In this document: piece by piece, positions 36,336 to 48,892 of the stretch
Position numbering within the stretch: position 1 is the stretch's first letter
How the letters are laid out: the number at the start of each line of letters is the position of its first letter
Position numbers and translations under genes: made by a program
Assembly (NCBI RefSeq): GCF_964204645.1
Contig: NC_134033.1
Span: forward strand, 8,192,655-8,256,654
Length of the DNA stretch: 64,000 bases
Reading direction: 5' to 3'
DNA from: Tubulanus polymorphus
Lineage: Eukaryota > Animalia > Nemertea
Notes under the pieces: model-generated
Database searches by the model: none
Seen by the model: only the letters and a program-made list of their open reading frames with translations
Told to the model about the DNA's origin: nothing

Positions 36336-38387
36336 CTGAAAGATTATGAACGATCAAATACATGTAGATATTTTATGTAAAACAATTTTTTAAAGCGTGC
36401 CTAGCTCATTGTTCCTTGAAAGTTCACCAGTTTTCAGAGTATCTGTCAGGGGAAGATCCAGTATATAGTGAACATCATTTTTCTTGTTCATCTTGGGACA
36501 TTTCTGGTGGAATTTTTTTTATATGGAATTATGTAGATGTGGGAAGTTAGGCAAAAGCTTTAACTTGATTTGATATTCAGTGAAATGATCAAATTACTAG
36601 GGTCTTATATCACAAATGCAGCACAGTCTTTACTTCAGATATCATCGACTTGTTATGGTAGAAGCGTAGTAGTAAGAATTGCTGACAAACTTCTTCATAG
36701 ACTAAACTCACGCCTTGCGGTCTGAAAAACCCCCTCACTCCTGTAATACACTCTCCACTGGAAGCCATTATCATTCATATGATATCAGTTTAATTGCATC
36801 TATAAATATATATAATTTTATTGATTTTCTTTATAGAGGGCATCCCCTTCATGTACAGCTCTTAGGGCTCGGAGTTGCCCCTCAAATATGTAAATTCTTA
36901 ACTTATATGTAATCAAAAATTTTAACACTATTGTCCATATTTGAGAAAATAAATTCAATTCAAAATTGTATGGGGTAGAATGTGATCTTGAACCCATATC
37001 TTTGTAGTTAGAATACCGCCATCTATGTCTCTATTTGGAGTAGTTTTGATAGTAGTCTTTCTCCTAAAATCGTAGTTTTTTTCATAGATTATGAAAAGTT
37101 GTACATTCCTCATCAGTAGAATAGTTTCTTAATAAGAAATCCTTTCCTCAAAAGTAGAGTATATTTTACATTGTGCGCTCAGATGTAATTTAGCATCAGA
37201 TAATGATGGACAATGAACGATCAATACAAGAAAAAACTAATGATAATAGAATACACATTCATGAAAAAATATTTCGTGAGTAAAAATAATTCCGCTGTGA
37301 AAAATAAATTTCCATCAAAAAATATTCGTAAGCGAAAACTATTTTCTTATGAAAATATATGCGCCAGTAAAAATAATTCCGCTATGAAAAATAAATTGCC
37401 TTCCTTCAAAATATATTCCGATGACTAAAATATTTTTGCAGTGTAAGAAATAAGTGTGAGGTTTCCGCTAGTGCATGCGTATATTATTTCATCTATGCTA
37501 CTAGCCCTAAGTATAGTATCGTAATACACACTGCGTGCATAACATACTTGAACTACACAGGGCATACCGCATGGCTCTCATTTACACATGAATCAGGGTA
37601 CTTGGGTAGAGCTTTGGTTTTCATCTGAAAACGTTGTGACGAATCCTTGTGACCTAACGTTAGGAAGGGTGGAATGCTGTCATTGGGTCCATGTGAACAC
37701 AAATAGGGCCAAAAATATCAAATATTTTGTACAGTCACAATCAAAATTAGGGCTCTTGATTTTGATTCCTCCGGTCCATCTAGAAATAACTATTTTTGGT
37801 CAATGCAATGAAAATTACAATTTTTGGAACTAAAATTTGTATTTCCGAGTAGTACTTACCCTTTCCTATGGTTTTTGCCAATATTTTCTAAATTTGGATT
37901 TATCGCCAATGGTTTTTCTATACGACCCGGCCCTGCGGTATTGCATTTAGCCACCGGCGAAATCCGCCATCTTTTTTCGTCATAGCAGACCAAAAAACAG
38001 CTATGCGGGGCAGGTGGGCGGGATTCCCACCATAGGAAAGGGTAAGTACTACTCGGAAATACAAATTTTAGTTCCAAAAATTGTAATATTTCCATCGAGT
38101 ACTGTACCCTTTCCTATGGTTTTTGCTAGACTAGCCTAGCACAAGGATGGTGGGAAAGGTAGATAGAAAAACCACCGCTCAAACGCAAGGTAAGAGGGAA
38201 AAAGAGAGCACTTACCCAAGCACGGAATGGAGCACTGTAGCACAGGGAAGACCGGTTGGCCACAGTGAGTCCGTCCAGCTCAGGGGCCCCCCCCCCAGAA
38301 TTTTGCGAAATTAATACTTGCAGATATGAGCCCAAACTATGTACAAGGATACACCCCCTGTGATCCTGATAATGCTACATAAATATT

Positions 38388-41336
38388 CTACACTAAAGGG
38401 TCCGATCGGAAAGAACGGACACCTTGAGCCATGACAACAGGACCAAGTGAAGCTAATGAGCCTAACTGGCCTGAAACATCCCGTAAATAAAATGACGTGA
38501 ATGTCGACGGTGAATTCCAAAAGGCGGCCCGACAGACTTCCTCCAACGGAGCACCCGAAAAGGCTGCGCAGGAAGTAGCCATAGACCTCACTTGATGAGA
38601 AACGACTCCCTCCGAGGAAAGATTCTCCTTCAATAAAATGTCCTTGATCATTGAAGAGACCCATCGGGCTACTGTGTCCCGCGAAATATCACCCTTTAGG
38701 TGATCCAGCAGCGGAATAAATAACCGCTCCCGTGAACCCCTCCGTGAAGCAGAGCGATCTAAATAGAAACACAACGCCCGCACAGGACATAAAGTCCTGT
38801 CCGGGATGCCCGGTTCCACTCGATGTTTTAGGGCTTCAATTCGCCATTGACGCCCAACCGAGCCTGGTCGTTGGTTCTTTGCCAAAAATTCCAAAGCAGG
38901 CCGCAGCGAAACAAATTCATTCGCTGGCCCAAAGACAATGTGACCTTGTCGGACTGAAAGCGCATGAATCTCAGAGCGACGGGCCGAGCAAGCCAAGAAC
39001 AGCAAAAATACAGTCTTTTATGACAAATTCGCAAAAGACGCTGCCGAAAGAGGTTCAAATGGAGCCTCCATTAACTTCTTCAAAATTACAGACAGATCCC
39101 ATGGTGGAACTGTCCTTGTTACCCGAGGCCGGGAAATGGAAAACCCAGCAACCAGCTGGGATATCCGATGATCCCCTGCTACATTTGGCCATCCAGAAGC
39201 ACGCAATGTATGAGAAATCGCGGAGCGGTAACCTTTAATAGTTATGACCTGTAAACCTTTTGCTACAAATAGGTGCAGTAAAAAATCTGCCAATTGAGCT
39301 ACAGAGGGTGAGCATGGATCAATTTCCCCTGCAGCACACCAATCCGCAAAATGACTCCATTTGGCATCGTAAATGGTACTTGTTGATGGCCGCTTAGATC
39401 CTGCGATAAAGGAGGCAGCCTGTTCTGAAAAGCCTGAAGCTGACAAGGATCGCTGGACAATGGCCAGGCGAGCAGATTTAACCACTGGCTGTTTGGATGA
39501 TGCCGAAAGATCCCCTGAGACAGAAGCGATGGGAAATCCGGAAGAATCCTGGGGTTGTCGCACAGTAGGTTGAGAAGTGGTAGGAACCATTTCTGAGCCG
39601 GCCAACATGGTGCTACCAGAACTATGTTGCAATTGACTGATCTCTCTATTTGATCCAGTAAGCGCGGCAGGACTGGTGTGGGCGGGAACGCATACGCATG
39701 CATCCCCGACCAGTCCAGAGAGAAGGCATCGACCCCCCACGCTTCCGCGTCTGGAAACGGGGACACAAACAGAGGACACCTCCGATTGAACCGGGTGGCA
39801 AACAGATCCAGCAGCGGATTGCCAAAAATGCCCCGAACCCGATCGGCTACTTCTTGGTGGAGAACCCATTCTGTCGCAATAGCCTGACCTCGACGAGACA
39901 GAGCATCGGCCATCACGTTCCTTTTCCCTGCTAAATGTGCCACAGTCAGGGACACGCCCTTTGTCTGGCACCAAAGAAGAATTTTGGCCGACAGACCTGT
40001 GCGGGTTTCTGAGTGAGTGCCCCCTTGGTTCTGAAGGTAAGCCCTCACTGTTGAATTGTTTGTGGCTAACCAAACGTGGTGGCCCTCCACTCTCCTGTGA
40101 AAGAACTTCAGGGCCTTCCACACGGCCAGCATTTCTAGGAAATTTATGTGGTTGGTGGCCTCGTAGCGAGACCATTTCCCGGCTTTGACTCGGTTCTCCA
40201 GATGTGCCCCCCAACCTTGGTGACTGGCATCCGTGAAAACACGAACTGGAGCCTCTAACGGGGCTAGTGACACCCCGAGCCGAAGATTCGTAGTGGCCGC
40301 CCACCACTGAAGATCCGGACTTAGATCGGTTGGAGGTACGGGAATCAAGGCCTCCCAGTTGCCCTTCGACTGAGACCAGACCACCTTCCAATATTGTTGC
40401 AAACGCCTGCTTCTGAGGCGGCCTAAGGGCACCACCAGACCCATGGAGCTGATGGAGCCTAGAAGCCGTGACCAGTAACGAGCTGTTCTCGGGGTTGTGG
40501 ACACTCCCGCTACAGCTTCTTGAAGTTTGGCCACTCGAACCATAGACGGAAAGACTTTGCCGATTCGGAGATCGAAGTCCATGCCGAGATAAGTGAACTG
40601 TTGGGCCGGCGTCAACTGAGATTTTTCCCTGTTTACGCGGAACCCTAGCTGATGGACTAAGTCCAAGACTGAGGTCATTGCCTCCCGACATTCCTGAGCC
40701 GAATTCGCGACTATTAACCAGTCGTCGAGGTAAACGAACAGTCGAACACCCCTTGACTGAAGTACCTTCTGAACTGACTTGACCAACTTGGTGAAAACCC
40801 ACGGGGCCGTACTGAGGCCAAATGGAAGAGACCTGAATTGGAACTGGCGGCCTTTCCACTTTATCCTGAGAAATCGCCGAGATTTTGGGTGAATTGGAAC
40901 CTGAAAGTAAGCATCTTTCAGGTCCAATGAAGCCGCCCATTGACCCGGACGGAGCCCTTGAATCACGTCCTTGGGCTTGGTCATCCGGAACCTTGGAATG
41001 TCTAGGTGCCGATTGAGGGATGACAGATCTATCACTGTCCGTTGACCCCCTGTGGCCTTTGGTACCATGAATATTCGAGAAAACCAGCCGGGAGAAGTTT
41101 CGTTGCAAACTGGTTCTATCGCTCCCTTCTCTGCCAGTTCCTTGAGAGCCGGAGAGATTAAGGCCTCCTGACCTGGTTTTGGCCGCATGTCGGGAGGTGA
41201 CCTCATCAGGCGCGGTCGCCTTAGGAAACGGAGACGGTAGCCCCGAGAGACGACCCGGGAGGGCCAACCGTCTCCAAAGAGGTCGGACCAGTGGGTTGCT
41301 GCCTGCTGCAGACAACCTCCCACTGGTCCCAAGAAT
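38388..41336 (-). pseudogene. DIRS ORF3: tyrosine recombinase with long N-terminal overlap on ORF2; one in-frame TAA at 39018-39020
   Basis: ARRSEI (R), AKNQ (K), HQVR (HxxR), W and FTSFY (Y). The pieces 41315-39018 and 39005-38388 are in the same frame. Confidence 0.9.
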
Positions 41337-41348
41337 TCATTTCGAGTT
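39299..41348 (-). CDS. DIRS ORF2: reverse transcriptase, RNase H and Dam-like methyltransferase domain (start approximate)
   Basis: PVGG, LDLKDAYF, LPFG, YLDD; TDAS, HINFLE, ADALSR; DLFA..N, VDAF..W, YAFPP, P.WP..WF. The RNase H TDN motif reads TNN. Confidence 0.9.
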
Positions 41349-43571
41349 TTTCCGAAAGGAAGAGCCCCTTTTTGGAGCCTTCCCCTTGCCTCGATACGAA
41401 CCGGAACTGTTACGACCGGACGAGGCTTGACACGATTGTTGAAGTTGCGCGCTAGTTCTCCAACCGGCATCCGAAGCCGCCTGAGAAAGCGCTGAAGTTT
41501 GAGATGGTCCTGTTTGCGTCCGTGCCGAACCTTGCGCCGCCGGCGTCGGACCAGAACGCTTTTTCCACGGAGTTCGGGGGTTGGACTTGGCCTGAACCTC
41601 CCGAATCTTCCTCAGCTCTGCGGACACCGGAGCGCACCAACCGGAGAAGAGACGTGAAGACGTCCCCAATGGGGCTCTCAGCAAAGCATTGGACACCATA
41701 TCCGGTAGACGAGTTTTGGCACTGGAGTCCATCACTGACTGACGGGAGGCTCACACCAGATTAGCCTGACCCCGAACCGACAACGGAATTACATGCGAAA
41801 CAGACCGAGCCAAAGATTGGATAATCCGGTCCATTCCCTCCAGTTTTAGGGCAACTGACTCTGGGTCGGAGCCCGCATGAACGGCGGCGTGAGTCTCGCG
41901 AAGCTCACCCGTCAACACCTTAAGTGCCATATCTTGAAACGAACCAACCCTGGTAAGATTGTCCAGGATTGACGTCATGGCCACCAAACCGGACTTAGGC
42001 AAACGAATACCCGACTGTGCTGTAACAGTATCCGGGCTGATCAAAGTATAATCAGCATCCAGGCAGTTATGACTGTGATCCACGACACCTGGAGTTGCGT
42101 AATACGCCGAGCGAAATGCGCCTATAGGTGGATCGGTTGAACTAAAATATTTCCCAGATTTCATACCCCGTTCTGGAGGGGGAAATGAAAAAGTTCCAGG
42201 CCGACATTCACCCCATAATTGCGTATCCAATCGAGCCCATTCTCTTGAAACCGCTGACGATTCCCGTAAAACGTTAAGATCGGAGTCCGGAGGGCGATAA
42301 GCTTCCATTGACTCACCGACCAGAGGAGCTGCTGTGGGCTTAGCGCGAGTTGCCCCATGCTTGACAAAGAACTCACTTATCATCGCTCTAAATGGCATGT
42401 CCCCCGCTGGTTCGGATAAAACTGAACGGGACGGAGATACATTGCGAGCCAGGGAAGCCCCCATCGTCTGGGGCAACCCACAATTGCTTGCGACAGGAAC
42501 GACCCCAGAAGGAATTGCCGCCTCTGGGACCGGATCCTCATTGAAATCAGACCCTACCGCAGCATCCAGGAATTCAGAGTCAGAATTCCGAAAAACTGAG
42601 TGGGCTGGCGAACTTCTAACCGGACAATCAGGAATAGGCTTACCTGTTGTAGAAGTTGCAGCGACTTGTTGCGACGAAGATAACAAGTTTAAAATTTTCT
42701 CCTCAAATACATGGAAATCCTTCTGAGTCAGGTATTTTCCAGTATCCCGACGATCATGCCGACTTCGGTGACGGTCCCTCGAACGGGATCGCGACCTACT
42801 AGAAGAATCGCTTTCATCGCTAACCAACGTCGACGAACGATGAGAAGACCGACGGCGAAACTTCCGACAATAACGATCGTAGTCCCTCTCGCGATCAAAC
42901 CTTGATCTGCGAGAAGGAGATCTTGCTCGTTTATTACGCTCACGGCGTCTAAATCTAGTGGGAGAGCGAGCTCTATCCCCGGAGCGACGATCAGAATCAG
43001 ACGATGAACGTACCGGATGTTTTGAACCAGACGACGTCTGGACCGGACCGGTGGCCGAACCGGACCGATGCCCGACCCGGACCGGTACCGACCGAACCGG
43101 TGCGGGCCGTTCGCGACTACCGCGGCGCGCGCTCGGTTCCGAACATGTAGTCTGAACCGGCCAAACCGGCCGAACCGGTGAACGACCAGAGACCGGTGAA
43201 TGACCGGAGACCGGTGCCGGTGAACCAGCGTTCCTCCCCGGTGAACGGAGTTGGGAAGCCGATCGTACCTGAATGACCGGCGACCGCTCCGCTTTACGAT
43301 AAGAAACAGGATTAGAAACGTCGGTTGGCACATCGGCCGAAACCGACGAATCCCTGCTAACTCGACGACGATCTCTTAGTTTAAGAGCCTTATCGGCCCG
43401 AAGCCAAAGGTCCTCGGACCACACGACGCAAATATTGCAAGGATTGCTCCTTGCACATATTTGACCGGATTTGCGCCTGCACGACGCACATGAATCGTGG
43501 TTGTCCCAGGCGCCAAACAAATGCCCGCATCCTTCCCCACCACGATGATGACCCTTAGGAGGGGGTGGCAT
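41337..43571 (-). pseudogene. DIRS ORF1 (Gag-like), one in-frame TGA at 41751-41753
   Basis: ATG at 43571. N-terminal Cys/His cluster (DNHDSCASC..C..PCNICVVW) and an Arg/Ser-rich tract. The frame continues past the TGA to a stop at 41337. Confidence 0.85.
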
Positions 43572-44576
43572 AATTATCCTGTTACAAATCAAAACAATTC
43601 AATTCAATTCAATCAAATTATATTTGTAAATAAAATTCTTACGGAAAAAAAGAAATCAGGGATAACCCCCAAACCGAACGGACTCACCGTTACGAGAGTG
43701 AAAACTCCCTAATATTCTAATTCCCAGATTTTTACGGCGAAAAAATCCAACGCGTTCTACTGCGAGAACGCCAAGAAAAAAGATGGCGGATTTCGCCGGT
43801 GGCTAAATGCAATACCGCAGGGCCGGGTCGTATAGAAAAACCATTGGCGATAAATCCAAATTTAGAAAATATTGGCAAAAACCATAGGAAAGGGTACAGT
43901 ACTCGATGGAAATAGTAATTATTGCAGATCAATAAAAAGTGGATACAAGTAAATAATGGATACAAGTTGCTGTAGCCGTAGGATCAAAAACTAAGACATC
44001 TTTTACTTGATGTCCCGTTCAACACACTACAAACACACTACATACAACGCGTGAAAATGGAATAATGGATATTTTTAGACATAGGGAAATAATTCTGATG
44101 GAAATATTTTTCGATGGAAATTTATTTTTCATGACAAAATTATTTTTTTGACAATAATTTGGAAATATTTCCATGGCCCTTATCAGCCACCATAGTATTG
44201 TGCTAACAAGAGAATTCAAGATTACTGCCCTGGCAATCGTGAAACAAGATATTTCTTTTTATCAAATGTGCGCCCCCTTTTTGAATTGGCGAGATCTGTC
44301 TCTGGGGATTGCTTTCGAGCTGTGACCCTTTGACAATGCTGGAGAGAACTTTTGGAGAATGAGATTCATTAGGATGACGTGTTTCCTGATCGGCTAGTAG
44401 TGTGGAAAAACTCTGCTTCATACTCATTACTGATAGATAGATTTTGAACAACAGCTAAGTAAGTACATGGTACAAACAGACAAGGTAGCCATATGAATGA
44501 TAGTGGCAAAATCAACCCTTGGTCACCCTTATCAATTCAAAATTGATGTTCAGTAGATATGTATTATCCCAAATAC

Positions 44577-44782
44577 CTGAGCAGGTGCTTCACATACGGA
44601 GCATCGACTGATGTATCGTTTGATTCCTCCATCTTTAATCGGGTTCATCATCGGAGTCATTGGCTCCGGGGTTGATAACCAATAACTATAGTCTGTTCTC
44701 GATGCCGTGTAGCAGACATTATTAACATTACAGAACATGTACGGCATTGTACTGAAACGCTGTAAACAACTGCCATGAGATC
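44577..44782 (-). CDS. COL4A1: Collagen IV NC1 exon (G)[17 protein letters not shown]...CEAPAQ
   Basis: tttttcag| acceptor and |gtattt donor, phase 1 to 0. [16 protein letters not shown] has the alpha-1-type DYSYW motif. Confidence 0.96.
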
Positions 44783-44889
44783 CTGAAAAAGAAAAATCAA
44801 TAACATTGATATTACCGAGCTATTCGTGAAACTACCATTTCTTAGGCTTATATCCTTTTTTACTTAAAGAATCAACCAATTACTCATCC

Positions 44890-45165
44890 ATCCTAGTGGA
44901 GGATGTCTACTAGGAAAATGGTTTTCACTCTGGCAGTCTCATGATGCAATCAGATTTGAATCCCTGTTGAGGGAGAATGTGTCCACCGGGGCAGGGGTTT
45001 AAACTGTAGCAGTCTCATGGTGTTATTTGGTTTGGATATCTGTTGAGGGAGGATGCGTTTACGAGGGCAGGGGTGTTTACTGTGGCAGAGTCTCATGATG
45101 TTATTAGGTTTGAATATCTGTTGAGGGAAGATGCGTTTACTAGGGCAGGGATTTATACTGCTACA
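44890..45165 (+). repeat. Tandem repeat, unit of about 78 bp, 3-4 copies
   Basis: Repeated ctgttgaggga..gatgcgtttac..gggcagggg..gcagtctcatg. Confidence 0.75.
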
Positions 45166-45273
45166 GTGTTCAAATCCCTCCTCAGCGGATGTCCATCAGT
45201 TGTAATATCACGTGATGTCCTATCAGCAGGACATGGAAATCGTAATATCATTCAATACAGCTCTACAGTTAGT

Positions 45274-46116
45274 CGGTGTTGTCATATCGTGGAATCACGG
45301 AATCGTGGAATTTTCCAAAAATACGGAATGTCTTTATATTCATGAGATGTTCAAATACTAACTGGGTTTTCCAAAGGGATATCCTTTGTCGGACAAGGCG
45401 CCGACGCACATGGAGAAGCAACTATATAACAGCTTTCTCTTCACAAATAACGGAGTTAATAAAACAAACCATTTCATAATCTTAAATATCATTCAACTTT
45501 AATTAGATTTTCTAGACACACTACACTCGCTTCAATCACAATTTAGATGCATGAAACGCATGAAAAATCCTAAGCCAGAATATGCATTGTGTCAATTCAT
45601 TTTTTGTCTGACATAGATTATTTCGGCATATTTCTGTTGATCGTTTGAATACATACCTCAGTTTGGTCTTTTTATGACCAGCGAAACCGTGCGGTCTAAA
45701 TAAATCATTGTTTTTATATCCATTTTACAATGCAGCATTAGTTGGACTAAATGAAGGCTTATCAGTGGAAAAATATGCAGAACTCGTAGATGCGGTTGCG
45801 GTCTCACCCGATGTACTGCCTCCGGTACAGGCCAGATACCCCAGTCACTGTGGGGTCAGCAGTTAATGTTGATAGATTAATTGCCTAGGTTCTCCATTTT
45901 GTCATTGAGAAGTGTCGTTAATTGGTTGAGTGAAGATAATAATAAATTATTACATAGGCCTACCGGGTGCCGGTAATGAAAAAATGCATCCGGCGCCTTG
46001 TCCAACAAAGGGCATCACTATGGAAAAACCCAGTTACTATTTATAATGAAAATGAAGAAATTCTGTGTTTTTATGAAAATTCCGTGATTCCCTGATTCTG
46101 CGATATGACAACACCG
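45274..46116. mobile_element. Second, shorter copy of the CGGTGTTGTCATATCG TIR element
   Basis: Same TIRs as 18891-20571. Shared internal motifs aatcctaagccagaat and ttgcctaggttctccatt. TSD degraded. Confidence 0.75.
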
Positions 46117-46167
46117 TGCTTTAGTTTGATTGACATAAAGCATTTATTTACAGTAAGCCTAACTTAC

Positions 46168-46280
46168 CCAAGTCTTGACCATGAGGACGTCCGTTGCCTT
46201 GGAAGAACAATAATGAATAGCCATCCCATAGTTTGTTAGTTCCGACAGGACATTCAGGTATATCAACTGTCTGGCTATGC
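46168..46280 (-). CDS. COL4A1: Collagen IV NC1 exon (R)[37 protein letters not shown](G)
   Basis: gtctactag| acceptor and |gtaagt donor, phase 2 to 1. Not in the ORF track because it is too short. Confidence 0.95.
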
Positions 46281-46359
46281 CTAGTAGACAAAAAGTACAC
46301 GAATTTGCCTCGGTTAAGCTGTTTCATGTCATAAAAATTGACATTTATTCAACATATTT

Positions 46360-46700
46360 GCTTCCACCTATGAGATATAACGTACTAGGTCAGTGACCAT
46401 TAGTACCAAGTTTGCCAGTATGAAATACCTCATGGTTCTTGCCCTGTACCATTACCAACATGAGATATATCATACTATCAGGTTAGCTACCATTATGACT
46501 ATGATATCTAATAGTACCAGGTCTGCTACCATTGCCACTATGAGATATCTCACAGTACCAGGTTTGCCACCATTATCACCAAGAGATAACTCAAAGTACC
46601 AGCTCTACTACCATTATCACTATGAGATATCTCATTGAACTCATATCTCATAGCTTCAGTTCTACCACCAATGCGACTATGAGATATCTCATACTACGGT
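46360..46700 (+). repeat. Degenerate minisatellite, unit of about 40 bp
   Basis: Repeated tatgagatatctcacagtaccaggt..ctaccatt. Confidence 0.7.
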
Positions 46701-48684
46701 CAAACTTGCTTAAGTTGTAGTTGGGACAGAGATGAGAACGCCGACCTATATAATCCGCGTTTTTTTTTTTAGTTACACACGCGAACCAGCTGACGGCTTA
46801 GTTAGTTACCTAATCGTTGGTGGCAAGCTTGTGATGACTACCATGTAGTTTGTGAAAATATCCGATCGTGAAACTAAACCACAGTTAGGTTACTGACTAC
46901 TGACGGCTTAGCCGTCAGCACTCGTGAGCGCCGAAGGCGCGAAGCTATTTTGGGGGGTTTGGGGCTCCCCCAAGAAAATTTTAGAAATTAAAAGCGTTTT
47001 CCGAGCACTTAGAGCGATATTGAACCCATGAACGACTTTTTTATTTTGGAAGGTAATGGCTAGTTCCAATGTGGTACATCCTCATCCGATGACATTCAGC
47101 ATCTCATGCATTACGGGTCGAGCCCTGAATTATTGCAGTAAAAATGCGCCGATGAATGCTCACTAAAAATCATCACCATAATATCTGAAGGCGTTCGCCA
47201 CACAAGCACGTCAACAGTAAGTAGGCCTATAATATACATTACTACTGTTGCCGCGCACGTGTATCGATAAAATACATACACACTCATTGTAGTACAAATG
47301 TAGATACAAAATCACTGTGTTGCAATGAATATGCATTGAAATGCGATACTTTTACGTGACGATCAGTAAAACAGGCACTGAACGCTTTTACGGGTCACCT
47401 GATTACCAATCGCGCCTGACCAATTGAGTGAGATCATCACCCCCCATACTTTTACATCATTTTTGGACTATTTGGAAAATTGATATTTTTCAATACCGAA
47501 ATCCGCAGGAAACTGTGGATCTGCGGGGAATTCTCATCCCTGTTGGGATGACCATTACGTTAACAACCTATTCAAATGACAACTTACACTTCATGAATTG
47601 AATTGGAGATATAAATTTGGACTCATTAATAGTAATCACTTAAAGCAATCTGACAAGTACCATACCATTGGTAGAATTTTGTAGCAAGATTCATCTTGTT
47701 CACTGTTTGGTATTTCTACTCCAGCAAATGGAATGTCATGCTCATTGGTTGGCAACATTAACAATCAATTCTGAACACAATGTTTTCATCACTCATATCA
47801 GTATGAAGGAAGAATGACTGGGGCAATATATGTGTCAAAATGACTACTTAAAGGCCGAGGAGTATGGATGCTAGTTAACCGGGTGGCAAACACTTGAGAT
47901 CGGCCGTCCCACTTTTACAGTATCTTGTTTATAATGTTTAGAGTGAGCGAGGTTGGCTCACAACAGAAAAGCAGGTCACACACAGTTAAATTTTACAAAT
48001 TCATAAAAGTTTTCATATCAAGTTCTAAACTAATTTTAGATAATCTAGTCATAGTGGGAATGAAAATCTGATGCTGGCGATCTTTTTTTGTAGAGATAGG
48101 GCCAAGATTAAAGATTTTAGAGACATTTCAAATTTTTTGAAAATCATTAATTTTTATCCGATTTCGATGAAATTTGGACACAACATTGATGGTAGATAGC
48201 TAAACAAGTGTACGAAATTTCAGACTGATCCATTGACCATAGAAAAAGTTTTGATGTTGCCAAATTTTGGTACTATGAATGAGGCTATGTTTTGTTTATG
48301 TATACTGATGACTATAGGTATCAAATTACTGTTACTGTGCTCTGTGAGCTATACTAATTCACTGGATAACTCCTCCCTCTATGTCATTCAAAGATTCAAA
48401 TTTTGAAGGAAATACCAACTAAAAAGCTTAATTTCTCGTAGAGGAGGGCCTAAAACACATTTTTGACTGCAGAAATGAATATATTACACATTAATACATA
48501 TGTCTGACAAAAAGGAGGGTCAAAATCGGATAACTGACAGAGAAAATAGGAGATTTCTAGTTTCAACCGTTGGAGCTCTCTACTGCACTATTGCTTCATG
48601 GGTACTGCCATCTTTGACATTGATTGGGCTTTTATACTGCTCCTTCAAAAGAAAGGAATAACATACTTTGATTTAATTTGTTAC

Positions 48685-48892
48685 CTTGTGAAAAAGAATC
48701 CATGATCTCCTCCTACTGGACCTGGTAATCCAGGATTTCCAATCAAGCCAGGAGTACCTTCATAACCTCGAGTTCCTCCACTACCTTTAGGACCTCGGGA
48801 ACCTCCAACACCTGGCAGACCTTCGGGACCTTGAGGCCCGACATATCCTTGGGGTCCATTTGTACCGGGTTCACCTTTAGGTCCATCAAAAC
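48685..48892 (-). CDS. COL4A1: Collagen IV junction exon: last Gly-X-Y repeats and start of NC1 ([10 protein letters not shown])
   Basis: ctgtag| acceptor and |gtaaca donor, phase 1 to 2. Confidence 0.95.

Larger units (their letters stand above)
37814..43913 (-). mobile_element. DIRS1-type tyrosine-recombinase retrotransposon, structurally complete
   Basis: Identical 122-bp inverted terminal repeats (37857-37978, 43775-43896), a 3' extension (37814-37856) and an internal complementary region (38029-38126) matching both outer ends. TTT at both ends, no classical TSD. Encodes gag, RT-RH-MT and YR. Confidence 0.97.

Noticed and set aside
36390-36505. Short - strand frame KCPKMN...DTLKTGELSR resembling the NC1 TLKAGEL motif, or a decayed third exon copy
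   Set aside because: The match is six residues found after the fact, there is no other NC1 similarity, and the acceptor lacks a pyrimidine tract.
44203-44454. 82-aa - strand ORF after a phase-0 ttag, as an alternative terminal collagen exon
   Set aside because: No recognisable homology and a weak acceptor. It cannot be supported without transcripts.
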